The translations under genes and the position numbers were made by a program. Of a stretch of 64,000 bases of DNA, positions 25,836-34,006 are shown in pieces. How positions within the stretch are numbered: the stretch's first letter is position 1; every line of letters starts with the position of its first letter. The notes beneath the pieces were generated by a model. The model was given only the letters and a program-made list of their open reading frames with translations, had not been told where the DNA came from and did not search any database. The DNA comes from a virus (lineage: Duplodnaviria; Caudoviricetes), in IMG/VR virus record IMGVR_UViG_3300022309_000005, positions 8,806-72,805 of that record. The stretch is one strand, 5' to 3'.

Positions 25836-26134
25836 CCGCGCCCGCCCTCGGAAGCCGCATCCGCCGCGCCCGCGAGGCCGCCGGCATGGGCCTGCGGGAG
25901 CTGGCGCGCGCCGCCGGCAAGTCCGCCGCGTGGCTGTCGCGGCTGGAGCGCGGCGAGAACATGGGGGCCAGCGTGCGCACGATCCAGACGTTCGCCCGGC
26001 TGCTGCGGATCGACCCGGACGCGCTCCTGCTCGCCGCCGGGAAGGTCCCGCCGGACGTGCTCCGGCGCCTCCAGGACAACCCTGGCCTGTGTGAGATGGT
26101 CCGGCTCTGGGCCGACAAGGAGAAGACACGATGA
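25832..26134 (+). CDS. XRE/Cro-C1-type HTH transcriptional regulator
   Basis: LGSRIRRAREAAGMGLRELARAAGKSAAWLSRLERG. Confidence 0.9.
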   Translation: MTAPALGSRIRRAREAAGMGLRELARAAGKSAAWLSRLERGENMGASVRTIQTFARLLRIDPDALLLAAGKVPPDVLRRLQDNPGLCEMVRLWADKEKTR

Positions 26135-26451
26135 GCGATTCTGTTTGGTGCGACGGATGCGGACGCGAAGAGGATCGACGGATGCGCGCCATAGCCCCCG
26201 AGGGCTGGACGTTCCTGCGCCTGCGCTCCGGGGAGACCGGCAAAGAGGAGTCCTACGTCTACGCCTGCTCGCCAGCGTGCAGGGCCGCGCTCGACGCGCG
26301 ATGGGAGCCGGGGCCCGGTCGCCTCGAGCCGACCCTGGGTGAACTGGCGTTGCGCGCCGAGTACCGCCGGCCGCTCGACGAGCTGTTGCGGGCCCTGGAC
26401 GAGTTCCGCGCGGCGATCCAGGACGCGGCCAAGGATGGCCGACAGCCATGA
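26131..26451 (+). CDS. CxxC zinc-binding hypothetical protein
   Basis: CDGC...CSPAC; ATGA coupling. Confidence 0.7.
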   Translation: MSDSVWCDGCGREEDRRMRAIAPEGWTFLRLRSGETGKEESYVYACSPACRAALDARWEPGPGRLEPTLGELALRAEYRRPLDELLRALDEFRAAIQDAAKDGRQP

Positions 26452-26744
26452 CCGCCCCCCGCCAGCCCCGCCCCCCGTGTGCCGAGGTGCTCGCCGATGG
26501 CCAGGCGTGCGGGCGCCCGGTCAAGTGGGGGAGCATCTGCCCGGCGTGCTACCAGTTCCGGCGGCGGCACGAGAAGGCCGCCGCGGAGGGCCGCGAGCTC
26601 GCCACCTACCGCGCCGGGGAGCCGCAGACGACGATCACGATCTCCCTGCCGGAGAGCATGGCCGCGCGGCTGGACGTCATCGCCGGCAGGCGCGGGCGCA
26701 GCGCCCTGCTCCGCACCTGGATCGAGCCCCACCTCCGGGGCTGA
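26448..26744 (+). CDS. Zinc finger plus ribbon-helix-helix regulator ending the early operon
   Basis: CxxC N-terminus; QTTITISLPESMAARLDVIAG-RGRSALLR; homolog 62484-62780. Confidence 0.75.
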   Translation: MTAPRQPRPPCAEVLADGQACGRPVKWGSICPACYQFRRRHEKAAAEGRELATYRAGEPQTTITISLPESMAARLDVIAGRRGRSALLRTWIEPHLRG

Positions 26745-26745
26745 T

Positions 26746-26889
26746 CTACCGACCCTCCCCGTCGTCCCCATCGTCCCCGTCGTCCGGCGGGCGCATGCAC
26801 CACTCCCAAGCCAAGTCTGCGGCGGCGCGGGCGGAGAAGACGCACACCACGATGGCTACGGCCACGAGCGCCAAGTCCTCGCCCGTCAT
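26746..26889 (-). CDS. Small membrane protein with acidic tail
   Basis: TM then AWEWCMRPPDDGDD; homolog 62782-62919. Confidence 0.65.
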   Translation of the reverse strand: MTGEDLALVAVAIVVCVFSARAAADLAWEWCMRPPDDGDDGDDGEGR

Positions 26890-27458
26890 GGCGGCCCCAG
26901 GAGCGGGAGCTGGCCGCCATCGACGAACGAGAGATCTGCGGGCCGGTCCTGCGTCGGCCACGTCAGCAGCACGCACCCGAACGGCGGCGAGGAGTTCCAC
27001 CGCTTGCCCTCGGGCACCTCCGGCGTACCGAACTGTGTCCGGTTGGCGAGGAAGCGCGTCAACAGGTACGGCGCGGCGCCCCTGTCTCGCCACGGCTCGA
27101 CAAGCGTTTGCCACCAGGGTTGCTCCGTCCGGCACCCCGGGACGAGCATCACCACCTCGGCCCGGCTTCGCCACGCCTTCGCCACCCATGGGGCGATGCT
27201 CAAGAACGGAGGGTTGCACCAGACCCGCTCGCCGTCCCACCGCTGGAGCAGGCCATCATCCTGTCGCGTCCAGAATCGGCCGATGATCTTTGCAGCGGGC
27301 GAGCGCGGATCGCTCGCCACGTCTATGGTGAACCGGTGCCGGGCGTGCAGCTCGGAGATCAGCGCTCGCGGCGTGTACCGCTCGTCCGCCTCGAGGTCCC
27401 CACGTCCGTTGACGGACTGCTGGGGATGGTTCTTGGCCTTCACGCCTTGCAAGCCCAT
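26886..27458 (-). CDS. Phage Dam-like N6-adenine DNA methyltransferase
   Basis: DERYTP, FTIDVAS, VWCNPPF, PGCRTEQPWW motifs. Confidence 0.85.
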   Translation of the reverse strand: MGLQGVKAKNHPQQSVNGRGDLEADERYTPRALISELHARHRFTIDVASDPRSPAAKIIGRFWTRQDDGLLQRWDGERVWCNPPFLSIAPWVAKAWRSRAEVVMLVPGCRTEQPWWQTLVEPWRDRGAAPYLLTRFLANRTQFGTPEVPEGKRWNSSPPFGCVLLTWPTQDRPADLSFVDGGQLPLLGPP

Positions 27459-27492
27459 GCGCGGCCCTCCAGCACATCGGCGATGGTCGCGG

Positions 27493-27783
27493 TCACGGCT
27501 GCACCGCCCCGATGGCCTGGAGTGCCTCCTCGACCGTCTCGACGACGCAGACTTGGCCCCGCCAGCCGTCGTGCCACGCCTGCTCATCCGGAGTCAACCG
27601 GCGCTTCGAGGGCGGCGCGGTCCCGTCCTTCACCTCGATCAGCGTGTTGACCTTCCGATACCCGGCGACGAGATCGGGAAAGCCGCGCCCGAGCCCGCTC
27701 GTAATCGCCACGCTCGCGCCCACCTTCCGGAGCGCCTCGACGATCTGCCCCTGGTTCCGGTCCACCTTCGCGGCGCGTCTCAT
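27493..27783 (-). CDS. VRR-NUC-like PD-(D/E)XK nuclease (resolvase candidate)
   Basis: KVDRNQGQIVEALR, GFPDLVAG, LIEVKDG, LTPDEQAWH. Confidence 0.82.
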   Translation of the reverse strand: MRRAAKVDRNQGQIVEALRKVGASVAITSGLGRGFPDLVAGYRKVNTLIEVKDGTAPPSKRRLTPDEQAWHDGWRGQVCVVETVEEALQAIGAVQP

Positions 27784-27923
27784 GCGACCCCCAGGGCCTT
27801 GGCGAACATCCAGCCGAGCGCCAGCACATCCAGAGCCAGGACCGCCGGAACCGGAATGTAGCTCAGCGCCGGAGGATAGCTCGCCCACTGTCTCGTTTCG
27901 TGTTTCACGTTCTCCGCCTCCAT
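27780..27923 (-). CDS. Small membrane protein
   Basis: Hydrophobic C-terminus; ATGA coupling. Confidence 0.45.
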   Translation of the reverse strand: MEAENVKHETRQWASYPPALSYIPVPAVLALDVLALGWMFAKALGVA

Positions 27924-27939
27924 GACTTCATGCGCGTTG

Positions 27940-29016
27940 CTAGTCGCGCCTCGTTTCGGTCTGCCGCTTGATCCACTCCGCCACGGCCACCCGTTCCGAC
28001 TCCTCGGTGACGTCCGGCGTCCACTCCCATCCGGCCGCCACGCGATCCCCGAGGAAGGCCGAGCGGCACCCCTCGCACAAGTCCCGCCCGTGCTCCTTGT
28101 GTTGGCAGGGCCGGCCGCAGACCTCGCAGTCTGGAGGCCCTCCGGCGCTCCCGCGCCTGTCGCCCGCCGAGACGTACTCCTCGAGCTTCGACGGGGCCGC
28201 GAACGCGCGCATGGGGCAGGGAGGGTCGAGCGAGCGCGCCCAGGCGTCCGCGAGGAAGGCGACGTAGGCGGCCCGGAGGCGCTCAACTCCGTACCTCTTG
28301 AGCCCTTCTGCTACATGCACCCACGTTCCCCGCGCCAGCGTCTCCTGGCGCCCGGACCGCTCGGCCGCCCAGGTCGCGAACTCCTGGGCCGCGGACGGCT
28401 TACGCTCCCGCTTCCCGGTGCCCTGCTCGACCAGCCTGAAATCCCCCCGCGAGGCCGCCTGGGCGGGCTCCTGGGCGTCTTTCGCGGGCGGGGTAGGGGT
28501 CTGGACGGGTCCAGACGCGAGCGGCTCCAGGGCGGGCGCGACGGCGCCCGCAAGAGGTGTTGACTCTAAGATGCTCGCTGATCGCTGATCGCTGATCGCT
28601 GTAAGGGCCGGAGCGGAGCCGGAGACAGAGCCGGGAGCCTCTCCGGCTCCACCCGGAGAAGCGCGCTCGCCGGTCCCGGCTCCCCTCCCGCGCCGGAGGT
28701 TGCCCTTGGCCGCGTGGCCGGCGGCGCTCTGGGCCGCCCGGATGCGCAGGTAGCGGGAGGCGCCCCGGACGCGGTAGGCGCCGCCGTCCAGCGGCTCCAG
28801 GAAGCCGTGGACGAGCAGCGCCGGCATCATCCGCTCAACGTCCGGCCCGAAGCAGCCCGCGAGGCCAACCTGGGTGGTGGTGTCGGTCTTCGTGCGCCAG
28901 GAGATCTCCCACAGCTCCTCGAGGCCCCACATCACGACGCCGGGGTGCAGGCCCAGACCGTTCGCGATCATCGCGGCCTTGCGGCGGGCGTCCAGCTCGA
29001 CGGACAGGTACGGCAT
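27940..29016 (-). CDS. Replication initiator (lambda O/replisome-organiser type) with C-terminal zinc finger
   Basis: N-terminal winged-helix-like region, low-complexity linker with internal DNA repeats, CEVC...CEGC. Confidence 0.65.
   Translation of the reverse strand: MPYLSVELDARRKAAMIANGLGLHPGVVMWGLEELWEISWRTKTDTTTQVGLAGCFGPDVERMMPALLVHGFLEPLDGGAYRVRGASRYLRIRAAQSAAGHAAKGNLRRGRGAGTGERASPGGAGEAPGSVSGSAPALTAISDQRSASILESTPLAGAVAPALEPLASGPVQTPTPPAKDAQEPAQAASRGDFRLVEQGTGKRERKPSAAQEFATWAAERSGRQETLARGTWVHVAEGLKRYGVERLRAAYVAFLADAWARSLDPPCPMRAFAAPSKLEEYVSAGDRRGSAGGPPDCEVCGRPCQHKEHGRDLCEGCRSAFLGDRVAAGWEWTPDVTEESERVAVAEWIKRQTETRRD
28575..28601. repeat. TCGCTGA x4 tandem repeat inside initiator gene (candidate ori iterons)
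   Basis: Directly visible; adjacent AT-richer TTGACTCTAAGAT. Confidence 0.55.
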
Positions 29017-30011
29017 CAGGCTACCCCTTCCCGCGCTTCGAGGTACGCCCGGACGAAGACCGCCGCGACCTGGGGGACGATGGCGTTGCCGAAGCCTTTG
29101 AGCGCCCCGCTTCGGTTGTACCAGTGCGTTTCCGGAATCGCGGTGTCGGCTTGCTCTCCGGGGCGCACCACAGCCACTCGTCCGGATACCCCATGAGCCA
29201 GCGGGCGAAGTCCGGGTTGAGTTGGCCGCGCGGTTCCGTCTCCGCAGGGGAGCCAGACGAGGTCGGACCATGGGCCGCGAGCTGCGCCTGGTGCGCGAGC
29301 GCCGTCACCGACAGCCCGATCTGACAGCCCCGCTCCTGCGCCCGGCGCTTGCGAGCGATGGCCGCCTCCGGGCTGCTCTTGTACTCGTTCGCCGTGGGCG
29401 TCCCCCAGCCGGCCAGCGCCACCATGGCCGCGAGGTCCGCGCCCGAACTGCGCATCGCCTCGCGGATCGCCCCGGCCTCCGAGCGCACTCCCTTGTCCGC
29501 CAGGGCGGCCGTCACCGTCGGCCACCCAGTAAATCCGGTGCCTCTCATGCGGCGCCCCGACGCTCGCAGCAGGCAGCACAGCCGCCCCGAAGGCGTAGCC
29601 GCAACCCTCCAGGTCAGCCGATACAGAATCGAGCCACCCGAGGCCATCAGGTCCCGCAACCTGCTCTCCAAACACGACTGGAGGGCGGCGCTCCCGGATG
29701 AGTTCGAACCACACGGGCCAGAGGTGCCGCTCGTCGGCGAGAGCTCTCCGCCGGCCAGCGACCGAGAACGGCTGGCACGGACAGCTTCCGGTCCAGACAG
29801 GAGCTCCAACTGGCCAACCGGCGAGACGTAGGGCAAGGGGCCAACCTCCGATTCCGGAGAAGAAGTGACACTGAGCGGCGCCGCAGTCCTCGGGCGCGAG
29901 CTCGCGGATGCTCCGGGTTTCCACATCGCCGGCGGGGATGTGCCCGGCCGCAGCCAGGTTGCGGAGCCAGTGCGCCGCGAACGGGTCGATCTCGTTGTAC
30001 CAGACCGCCAT
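29016..30011 (-). CDS. C5-cytosine DNA methyltransferase, alpha polypeptide
   Basis: FFSGIGGW (I), GSCPCQPFS (IV), GEQV (VI), ERHRIYWVA (VIII), GFGNAIVPQ (X). Confidence 0.92.
   Translation of the reverse strand: MAVWYNEIDPFAAHWLRNLAAAGHIPAGDVETRSIRELAPEDCGAAQCHFFSGIGGWPLALRLAGWPVGAPVWTGSCPCQPFSVAGRRRALADERHLWPVWFELIRERRPPVVFGEQVAGPDGLGWLDSVSADLEGCGYAFGAAVLPAASVGAPHERHRIYWVADGDGRPGGQGSALGGRGDPRGDAQFGRGPRGHGGAGRLGDAHGERVQEQPGGGHRSQAPGAGAGLSDRAVGDGARAPGAARGPWSDLVWLPCGDGTARPTQPGLRPLAHGVSGRVAVVRPGEQADTAIPETHWYNRSGALKGFGNAIVPQVAAVFVRAYLEAREGVA
29021..29926 (-). CDS. Nested alternative-frame beta polypeptide of the C5 MTase (start uncertain)
   Basis: GWPT/GWGTP repeats and GQLNPDFARWLMGYPDEW (motif IX), as in M.EcoHK31I-type enzymes. 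Confidence 0.75.
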   Translation of the reverse strand: MWKPGASASSRPRTAAPLSVTSSPESEVGPLPYVSPVGQLELLSGPEAVRASRSRSLAGGELSPTSGTSGPCGSNSSGSAALQSCLESRLRDLMASGGSILYRLTWRVAATPSGRLCCLLRASGRRMRGTGFTGWPTVTAALADKGVRSEAGAIREAMRSSGADLAAMVALAGWGTPTANEYKSSPEAAIARKRRAQERGCQIGLSVTALAHQAQLAAHGPTSSGSPAETEPRGQLNPDFARWLMGYPDEWLWCAPESKPTPRFRKRTGTTEAGRSKASATPSSPRSRRSSSGRTSKRGKG

Positions 30012-30304
30012 CACGCACCCCCTCCCGCCGCGCGCCACTCGTCCTCGAGGATGACCTTGCCGGCAAGGTTGCGACCGGCCTTCGTCGGGATGTACCCGTC
30101 CCGCGTCTGCGACTTCGCGACCAGCTCGCGCTCGAGCAGCCGCTGGAGCAGGTCGTTGACCGCGTTCGTCGAGCGGATGCCCAGCAACGCCCCAAGCGTA
30201 CGAACCGTTTGCGGCATGTCCGGCGGCTCCCAGAACATAGGCCGGCAGAGCTCGACCAGGGCCTCGAGCTGTCTCGGCGTCGGGGCCTCGCTCCTACGCG
30301 ACAT
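30011..30304 (-). CDS. LexA-N-terminal-like winged-helix DNA-binding protein
   Basis: TPRQLEAL...PQTVRTLGALLGIRSTNAVNDLLQRL. Confidence 0.75.
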   Translation of the reverse strand: MSRRSEAPTPRQLEALVELCRPMFWEPPDMPQTVRTLGALLGIRSTNAVNDLLQRLLERELVAKSQTRDGYIPTKAGRNLAGKVILEDEWRAAGGGA

Positions 30305-30470
30305 GGGGCGCCTCCGGCTTGGGCTCGAACTTCGGGCAGGTCTGCGCCGTGTCGCTCGTCGCGACGGGGTAGAGCGGCCCATCGTCGCGGGCGTAGCAGG
30401 TCAGGACGCCCCACATCACCGGCTCCAGGTGGCGGCACTGGCCGCAGGTCCTCGGCGTCGTCTCAGCCAC
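30294..30470 (-). CDS. Small Cys-rich protein
   Basis: CGQCRH...C...CPKF. Confidence 0.55.
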   Translation of the reverse strand: MAETTPRTCGQCRHLEPVMWGVLTCYARDDGPLYPVATSDTAQTCPKFEPKPEAPHVA

Positions 30471-30771
30471 CGGAAAGCTCCCCGGCACCCGCCGCGCCTG
30501 CCGACTTCAGGATCTCGATGTGCGTCAGGGCAACGCCGCCGCTCTTGCCGGCGACGCTCACAACCACCGTGCCGTCACCGAGCGCCCACGCCTCAGAGCG
30601 CGTCGTCGTGTCAACCGGCGGCACGCCCTCGATGGGCGGGTAGATCGGCCAGTACCTCACCGAGGTTCCAACCGGGTGCGCCGCATTCCATGACTCGGCG
30701 GTGTGTCCGCCGTTCAATTGTCTACGCCTCGCGCTTCGCTTTCGATCCATCGCTCTCCCCACGTATGGCAT
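30463..30771 (-). CDS. Hypothetical protein
   Basis: WNAAHPVGTSVRYWP...TTTRSEAW motif; coupled. Confidence 0.7.
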   Translation of the reverse strand: MPYVGRAMDRKRSARRRQLNGGHTAESWNAAHPVGTSVRYWPIYPPIEGVPPVDTTTRSEAWALGDGTVVVSVAGKSGGVALTHIEILKSAGAAGAGELSGG

Positions 30772-31370
30772 CACACCACCTCGTCCTTTATGGCTCGCAC
30801 CGCTTCCCCGGCCCGCGACAACTCCGCCCGCGTTCGGCACTTCTTCGCCCGCGCCCAGCACATCGCGGCCTCTTCCCCGAAGCCGAGCGCCTCGAGGTGC
30901 CGTCCAGCCCAATCCCAGCCCTCGACGGCGGCTTCAAGCGTCGGCGGCTCGTGCATCCACTCGTGGCACGTCCGGCACAGGCCCACGCAGTTGCGCTCCG
31001 ACTCCAGAAGCCGGCCCTTGCCCCTGCCGAAGAGGTGGTGTGGGTCGGCCATAAGCGCCTCTCGGCAACGTTCGCACCACGCCAAGTTTCCATACGCCAT
31101 TCCGGAGCGCTTCACGAGGTCATCCCGGATGACGCGCATCCGCTCCCGGTGCTCGTCCTTGGCGCGCGCCTTCAACAGACGGGCCGCCCCCTTCGAGGGC
31201 TTCGGGTGTGCCAGCTTGGCGGGCCGCGCCTTCTTCCGGGCGGCGAGCGCTTCGGCGGCGGCGATCGCGGCCTGAAGCGCGCCGAGCGCCGAGGTGAGCG
31301 TCCGGATCGCCGGCGCCCCGTCGAGCAGTTGCGCCTGGATCGTCTTGGCATGCGCGAGTTTCAGCTTCAC
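30771..31370 (-). CDS. HNH (NinG-like) endonuclease
   Basis: CERC...DPHH...NCVGLCRTCHEWMH. Confidence 0.78.
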   Translation of the reverse strand: MKLKLAHAKTIQAQLLDGAPAIRTLTSALGALQAAIAAAEALAARKKARPAKLAHPKPSKGAARLLKARAKDEHRERMRVIRDDLVKRSGMAYGNLAWCERCREALMADPHHLFGRGKGRLLESERNCVGLCRTCHEWMHEPPTLEAAVEGWDWAGRHLEALGFGEEAAMCWARAKKCRTRAELSRAGEAVRAIKDEVV

Positions 31371-31377
31371 ACACGGG

Positions 31378-31578
31378 TCACGCAAAGGGCACCTCCTCGA
31401 CCTTCTCGGCCAGCGGCTCGAAGCAGTTGCACTCATCGGCCCGGATGTCGCCAGCGAACACGATCTGCCCGTCCTCGACCCAAAACGGCACGGGAGCGCG
31501 GCAGATCCCGCGACCCGGAAGATGGCGATGCTGTTCGCACCGCCGGCACATCGAGCACGTCTTCTTGTCGTCGCTCAT
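31378..31578 (-). CDS. Small Cys-rich protein
   Basis: CSMCRRC...C...CNCF. Confidence 0.6.
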   Translation of the reverse strand: MSDDKKTCSMCRRCEQHRHLPGRGICRAPVPFWVEDGQIVFAGDIRADECNCFEPLAEKVEEVPFA

Positions 31579-31832
31579 GGCTTCGTGCTCCTCCCCGCGT
31601 GTGCCCTCGCGAGCCACGCCTGATATCGTTGATCCCGCTCGTACCCGCAGCCCAGCCTGGTCACCAGCTGGCTGATCTCGTTTCGGAGCGGGACGTGCCC
31701 ACAGCGCCGGCAGTAGGACAGCCAGGCAAGGTGCTTGCCCGCCGGCTTGATGTTGTGCGGCCCGGAAAGCGGAACGTCGTCCGCCGGGCTAAAGTCGGCC
31801 TTGCTGGCCTGCACCCATCCGGGGCTAGCCAT
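31575..31832 (-). CDS. Hypothetical protein
   Basis: CRRCG...NEIS...GC; coupled. Confidence 0.6.
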   Translation of the reverse strand: MASPGWVQASKADFSPADDVPLSGPHNIKPAGKHLAWLSYCRRCGHVPLRNEISQLVTRLGCGYERDQRYQAWLARAHAGRSTKP

Positions 31833-32046
31833 GGTCGCCACCGCGGACAAGCTTGCGAGCCGCGGCGTAGACGGCCAGCAGGCGGTCAGATTCGGATCTC
31901 TTTGTCGGGCAGCGGCACCCGCCGTTGGTGCCAGGCCCAGGCCACCGTCGCACGCGGCAAGAGTTGTCGCCGCAGCCCTGGAGGATCCGTTCTGTGAGTT
32001 CCACCTCGGCCCTCAGCCGGTCCAGCGCGGACGTGTTCTCACCCAC
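31825..32046 (-). CDS. Small Cys-rich protein
   Basis: GCGDNSC...GTNGGCRC. Confidence 0.6.
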   Translation of the reverse strand: MGENTSALDRLRAEVELTERILQGCGDNSCRVRRWPGPGTNGGCRCPTKRSESDRLLAVYAAARKLVRGGDHG

Positions 32047-32395
32047 GGGACACCTCCGGGAACTCGCGCGAGCCATCTACGAGGCGCCTGCTGTGCTCAT
32101 CGGCACGGCGACCGCATCCCGTCCGAGAGCAGATCTCTCCCGGGTCCCCGTCGCAGGCCGGCGGGCAAGGAAAGGGGCACGAGTCTCCGCTGCACCGGCC
32201 CCATGTCCGATCCTTGCCGGGCCAGAAGTGAAGGCATGCGCCGCGCCCGGCCTCGATCTCCTCCGGCGTCGCCAACCACTCAGGGAGCACGCTCCAGGAG
32301 TAGATCCGGCTCACCCATTCCCACTGCCAGCCCGTCCGCCAGCCGAGCCAAAGGGCGGCGCAGAACAGCCACCAGCGCCAGCGAGGGCGGTTCAT
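32039..32395 (-). CDS. Trp/Cys-rich hypothetical protein
   Basis: ATGA coupling; Trp-rich N-terminus. Confidence 0.55.
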   Translation of the reverse strand: MNRPRWRWWLFCAALWLGWRTGWQWEWVSRIYSWSVLPEWLATPEEIEAGRGACLHFWPGKDRTWGRCSGDSCPFPCPPACDGDPGEICSRTGCGRRADEHSRRLVDGSREFPEVSRG

Positions 32396-33537
32396 CGGGT
32401 CCCCTCGCTCTCTCCGGCGCCCGGCGAGACGAAGAGGTGGCAAGGGCAGATTGTTTCGCCCGGCTGGTTGCCGCAGCACTGCGGCCTGTGTTCCGATTTG
32501 CGATGCGCGCATGGGATCACGCCCCCGAGGTCCCGCGCACAGAGCGGGTCCCCGGCCTGCGCCAGCTTCCGCGCCTCCTCCGCGGCCATGTCGCCGAGCC
32601 GGGCGAGGTCGGGCGCCGCGCCCACGTCGGCCGGGCGCGCGGGCTGGAACCTCGAGGGGTCCCAGTCGCACGGACCCGCCGCCCGGTAGCTCGGCCCGAG
32701 CAAGAACCTGCACCGCTCCGAGTGGCGGCACTCGCTGCACGGCCGCGCCCCGTCGTCCGTCCGGGGCGCCTGCTCAGGAGGGGCGGCGGGGCGTGCCTCC
32801 CGGATGGCGTTCTGGGCATCGACAAGAAGCTCAATGTCACCCGTGAAGCCTGGGAGGTTCTCGCGGATCGCCGTGGTGGCCGCCTGACAAGCTCGGTCTG
32901 CCTTGGCGAGCGCCCCCTCCAGCTCCGCTACCCTGGCGCGGGCCTGTTCCTCCAGGCGCATGAACTGGTCTCGATCCGCCCGCCCCTCCGCGAGCTTGCG
33001 CTCCGCATCCGTGCATCGCTTCACCACGTCCAGCCCGCTGGCCAATGTTGCGTCGCGTAGCGCCCTTGCTCGATCTGCCTCGGAGAGCAGCGCGTTATGC
33101 TTGCGCGAAATCTCGGCACGCTCTCGAAGCGCCTGGTCCCGCTCCCCCTCCGCCTTCGCCAGCGCGGCCCGCACCTCCTCCAGCGCCTTCGCCCATGAAT
33201 CCGTCTCGCGGTCGAATCGCTCCTGAAGGGCCTGCCGGAGCGCGCGCTCGCCCTTCATCTCGGCCAGGGCCTTGTCCCGCTCCTCCTCCACCTCCATGTA
33301 GCTGTCGCCGGACACCCGGGCGTCGCGCTCCTCGCGCATGTCCTCCAGCGCGTCCTGCGCCGCTTCGAGGGCGGCGAGGAGGGCGGGCATGTACGTCTCC
33401 GCTAGCGCGCGCGCGTTCTGCAAGTACCGCTCTCGTTCGAGAGCGCTCGCGCCGACATGTGGCAGATCCAGCAGGCCGTTGGCCAAATTCCGAATCAGAA
33501 CGATCCGCTCCGCCGTCAACACCTTCGTCTCCGTCAT
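32392..33537 (-). CDS. Long coiled-coil protein with C-terminal Cys clusters (Ead/Ea22-like position)
   Basis: PALLAALEAAQ followed by heptads; CSECRH and CAH..CC motifs. Confidence 0.7.
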   Translation of the reverse strand: MTETKVLTAERIVLIRNLANGLLDLPHVGASALERERYLQNARALAETYMPALLAALEAAQDALEDMREERDARVSGDSYMEVEEERDKALAEMKGERALRQALQERFDRETDSWAKALEEVRAALAKAEGERDQALRERAEISRKHNALLSEADRARALRDATLASGLDVVKRCTDAERKLAEGRADRDQFMRLEEQARARVAELEGALAKADRACQAATTAIRENLPGFTGDIELLVDAQNAIREARPAAPPEQAPRTDDGARPCSECRHSERCRFLLGPSYRAAGPCDWDPSRFQPARPADVGAAPDLARLGDMAAEEARKLAQAGDPLCARDLGGVIPCAHRKSEHRPQCCGNQPGETICPCHLFVSPGAGESEGTR

Positions 33538-33746
33538 GGCTTGACCTTCCTCGTCCGCGCCTTGTGGGCAGACGCCAGCAGCTTCAGGAGCTTGTGCTCG
33601 GCTTCGCTTGCGATGAGGCGCACCGTCCCGAGAAGCGCCGTGTCGGAGCCGGACAGCTTCGCCGTCCCCAGCATCGCCAGCCTTCCCCGGCACGCGCGCA
33701 GCCACCGGAGCGCGCTCCGGATGTCCTTCTCGGCGGCGGCGTTCAT
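33534..33746 (-). CDS. Hypothetical protein
   Basis: ATGA coupling both sides. Confidence 0.6.
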   Translation of the reverse strand: MNAAAEKDIRSALRWLRACRGRLAMLGTAKLSGSDTALLGTVRLIASEAEHKLLKLLASAHKARTRKVKP

Positions 33747-34006
33747 CGGCGTCCCCTCGGGTATCCCCTGCGGTTGTTCATCTTGATCAGCGCGTCCACT
33801 CCCGGCTCGTGCTGGTCCGGGCTCGAAGTCGGGCGCGGTGCCGGCGGGGGAGGACCTCGGCGGATCGGAATCTCGGCGCGCTGCGTTGCGGCGTAGTCGT
33901 CCATCCGCCTTGACGCGTTCCTGTCGTGCGCCTCCAGCAGCTCCTCGAGGCGGCGCTGAGCAAGGAAGACCTCGACGCGCAAGGGCTCGCGGCGGCGCGG
34001 CGTCAC
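33743..34006 (-). CDS. Hypothetical protein (GTG start)
   Basis: GTGA overlap with RHH gene. Confidence 0.55.
   Translation of the reverse strand: MTPRRREPLRVEVFLAQRRLEELLEAHDRNASRRMDDYAATQRAEIPIRRGPPPPAPRPTSSPDQHEPGVDALIKMNNRRGYPRGRR

Noticed and set aside
26886-31370. Restriction-modification system (MTases with VRR-NUC or HNH)
   Set aside because: The nucleases resemble lambdoid nin-region resolvase types, and VRR-NUC stays constant while the adjacent MTase is swapped
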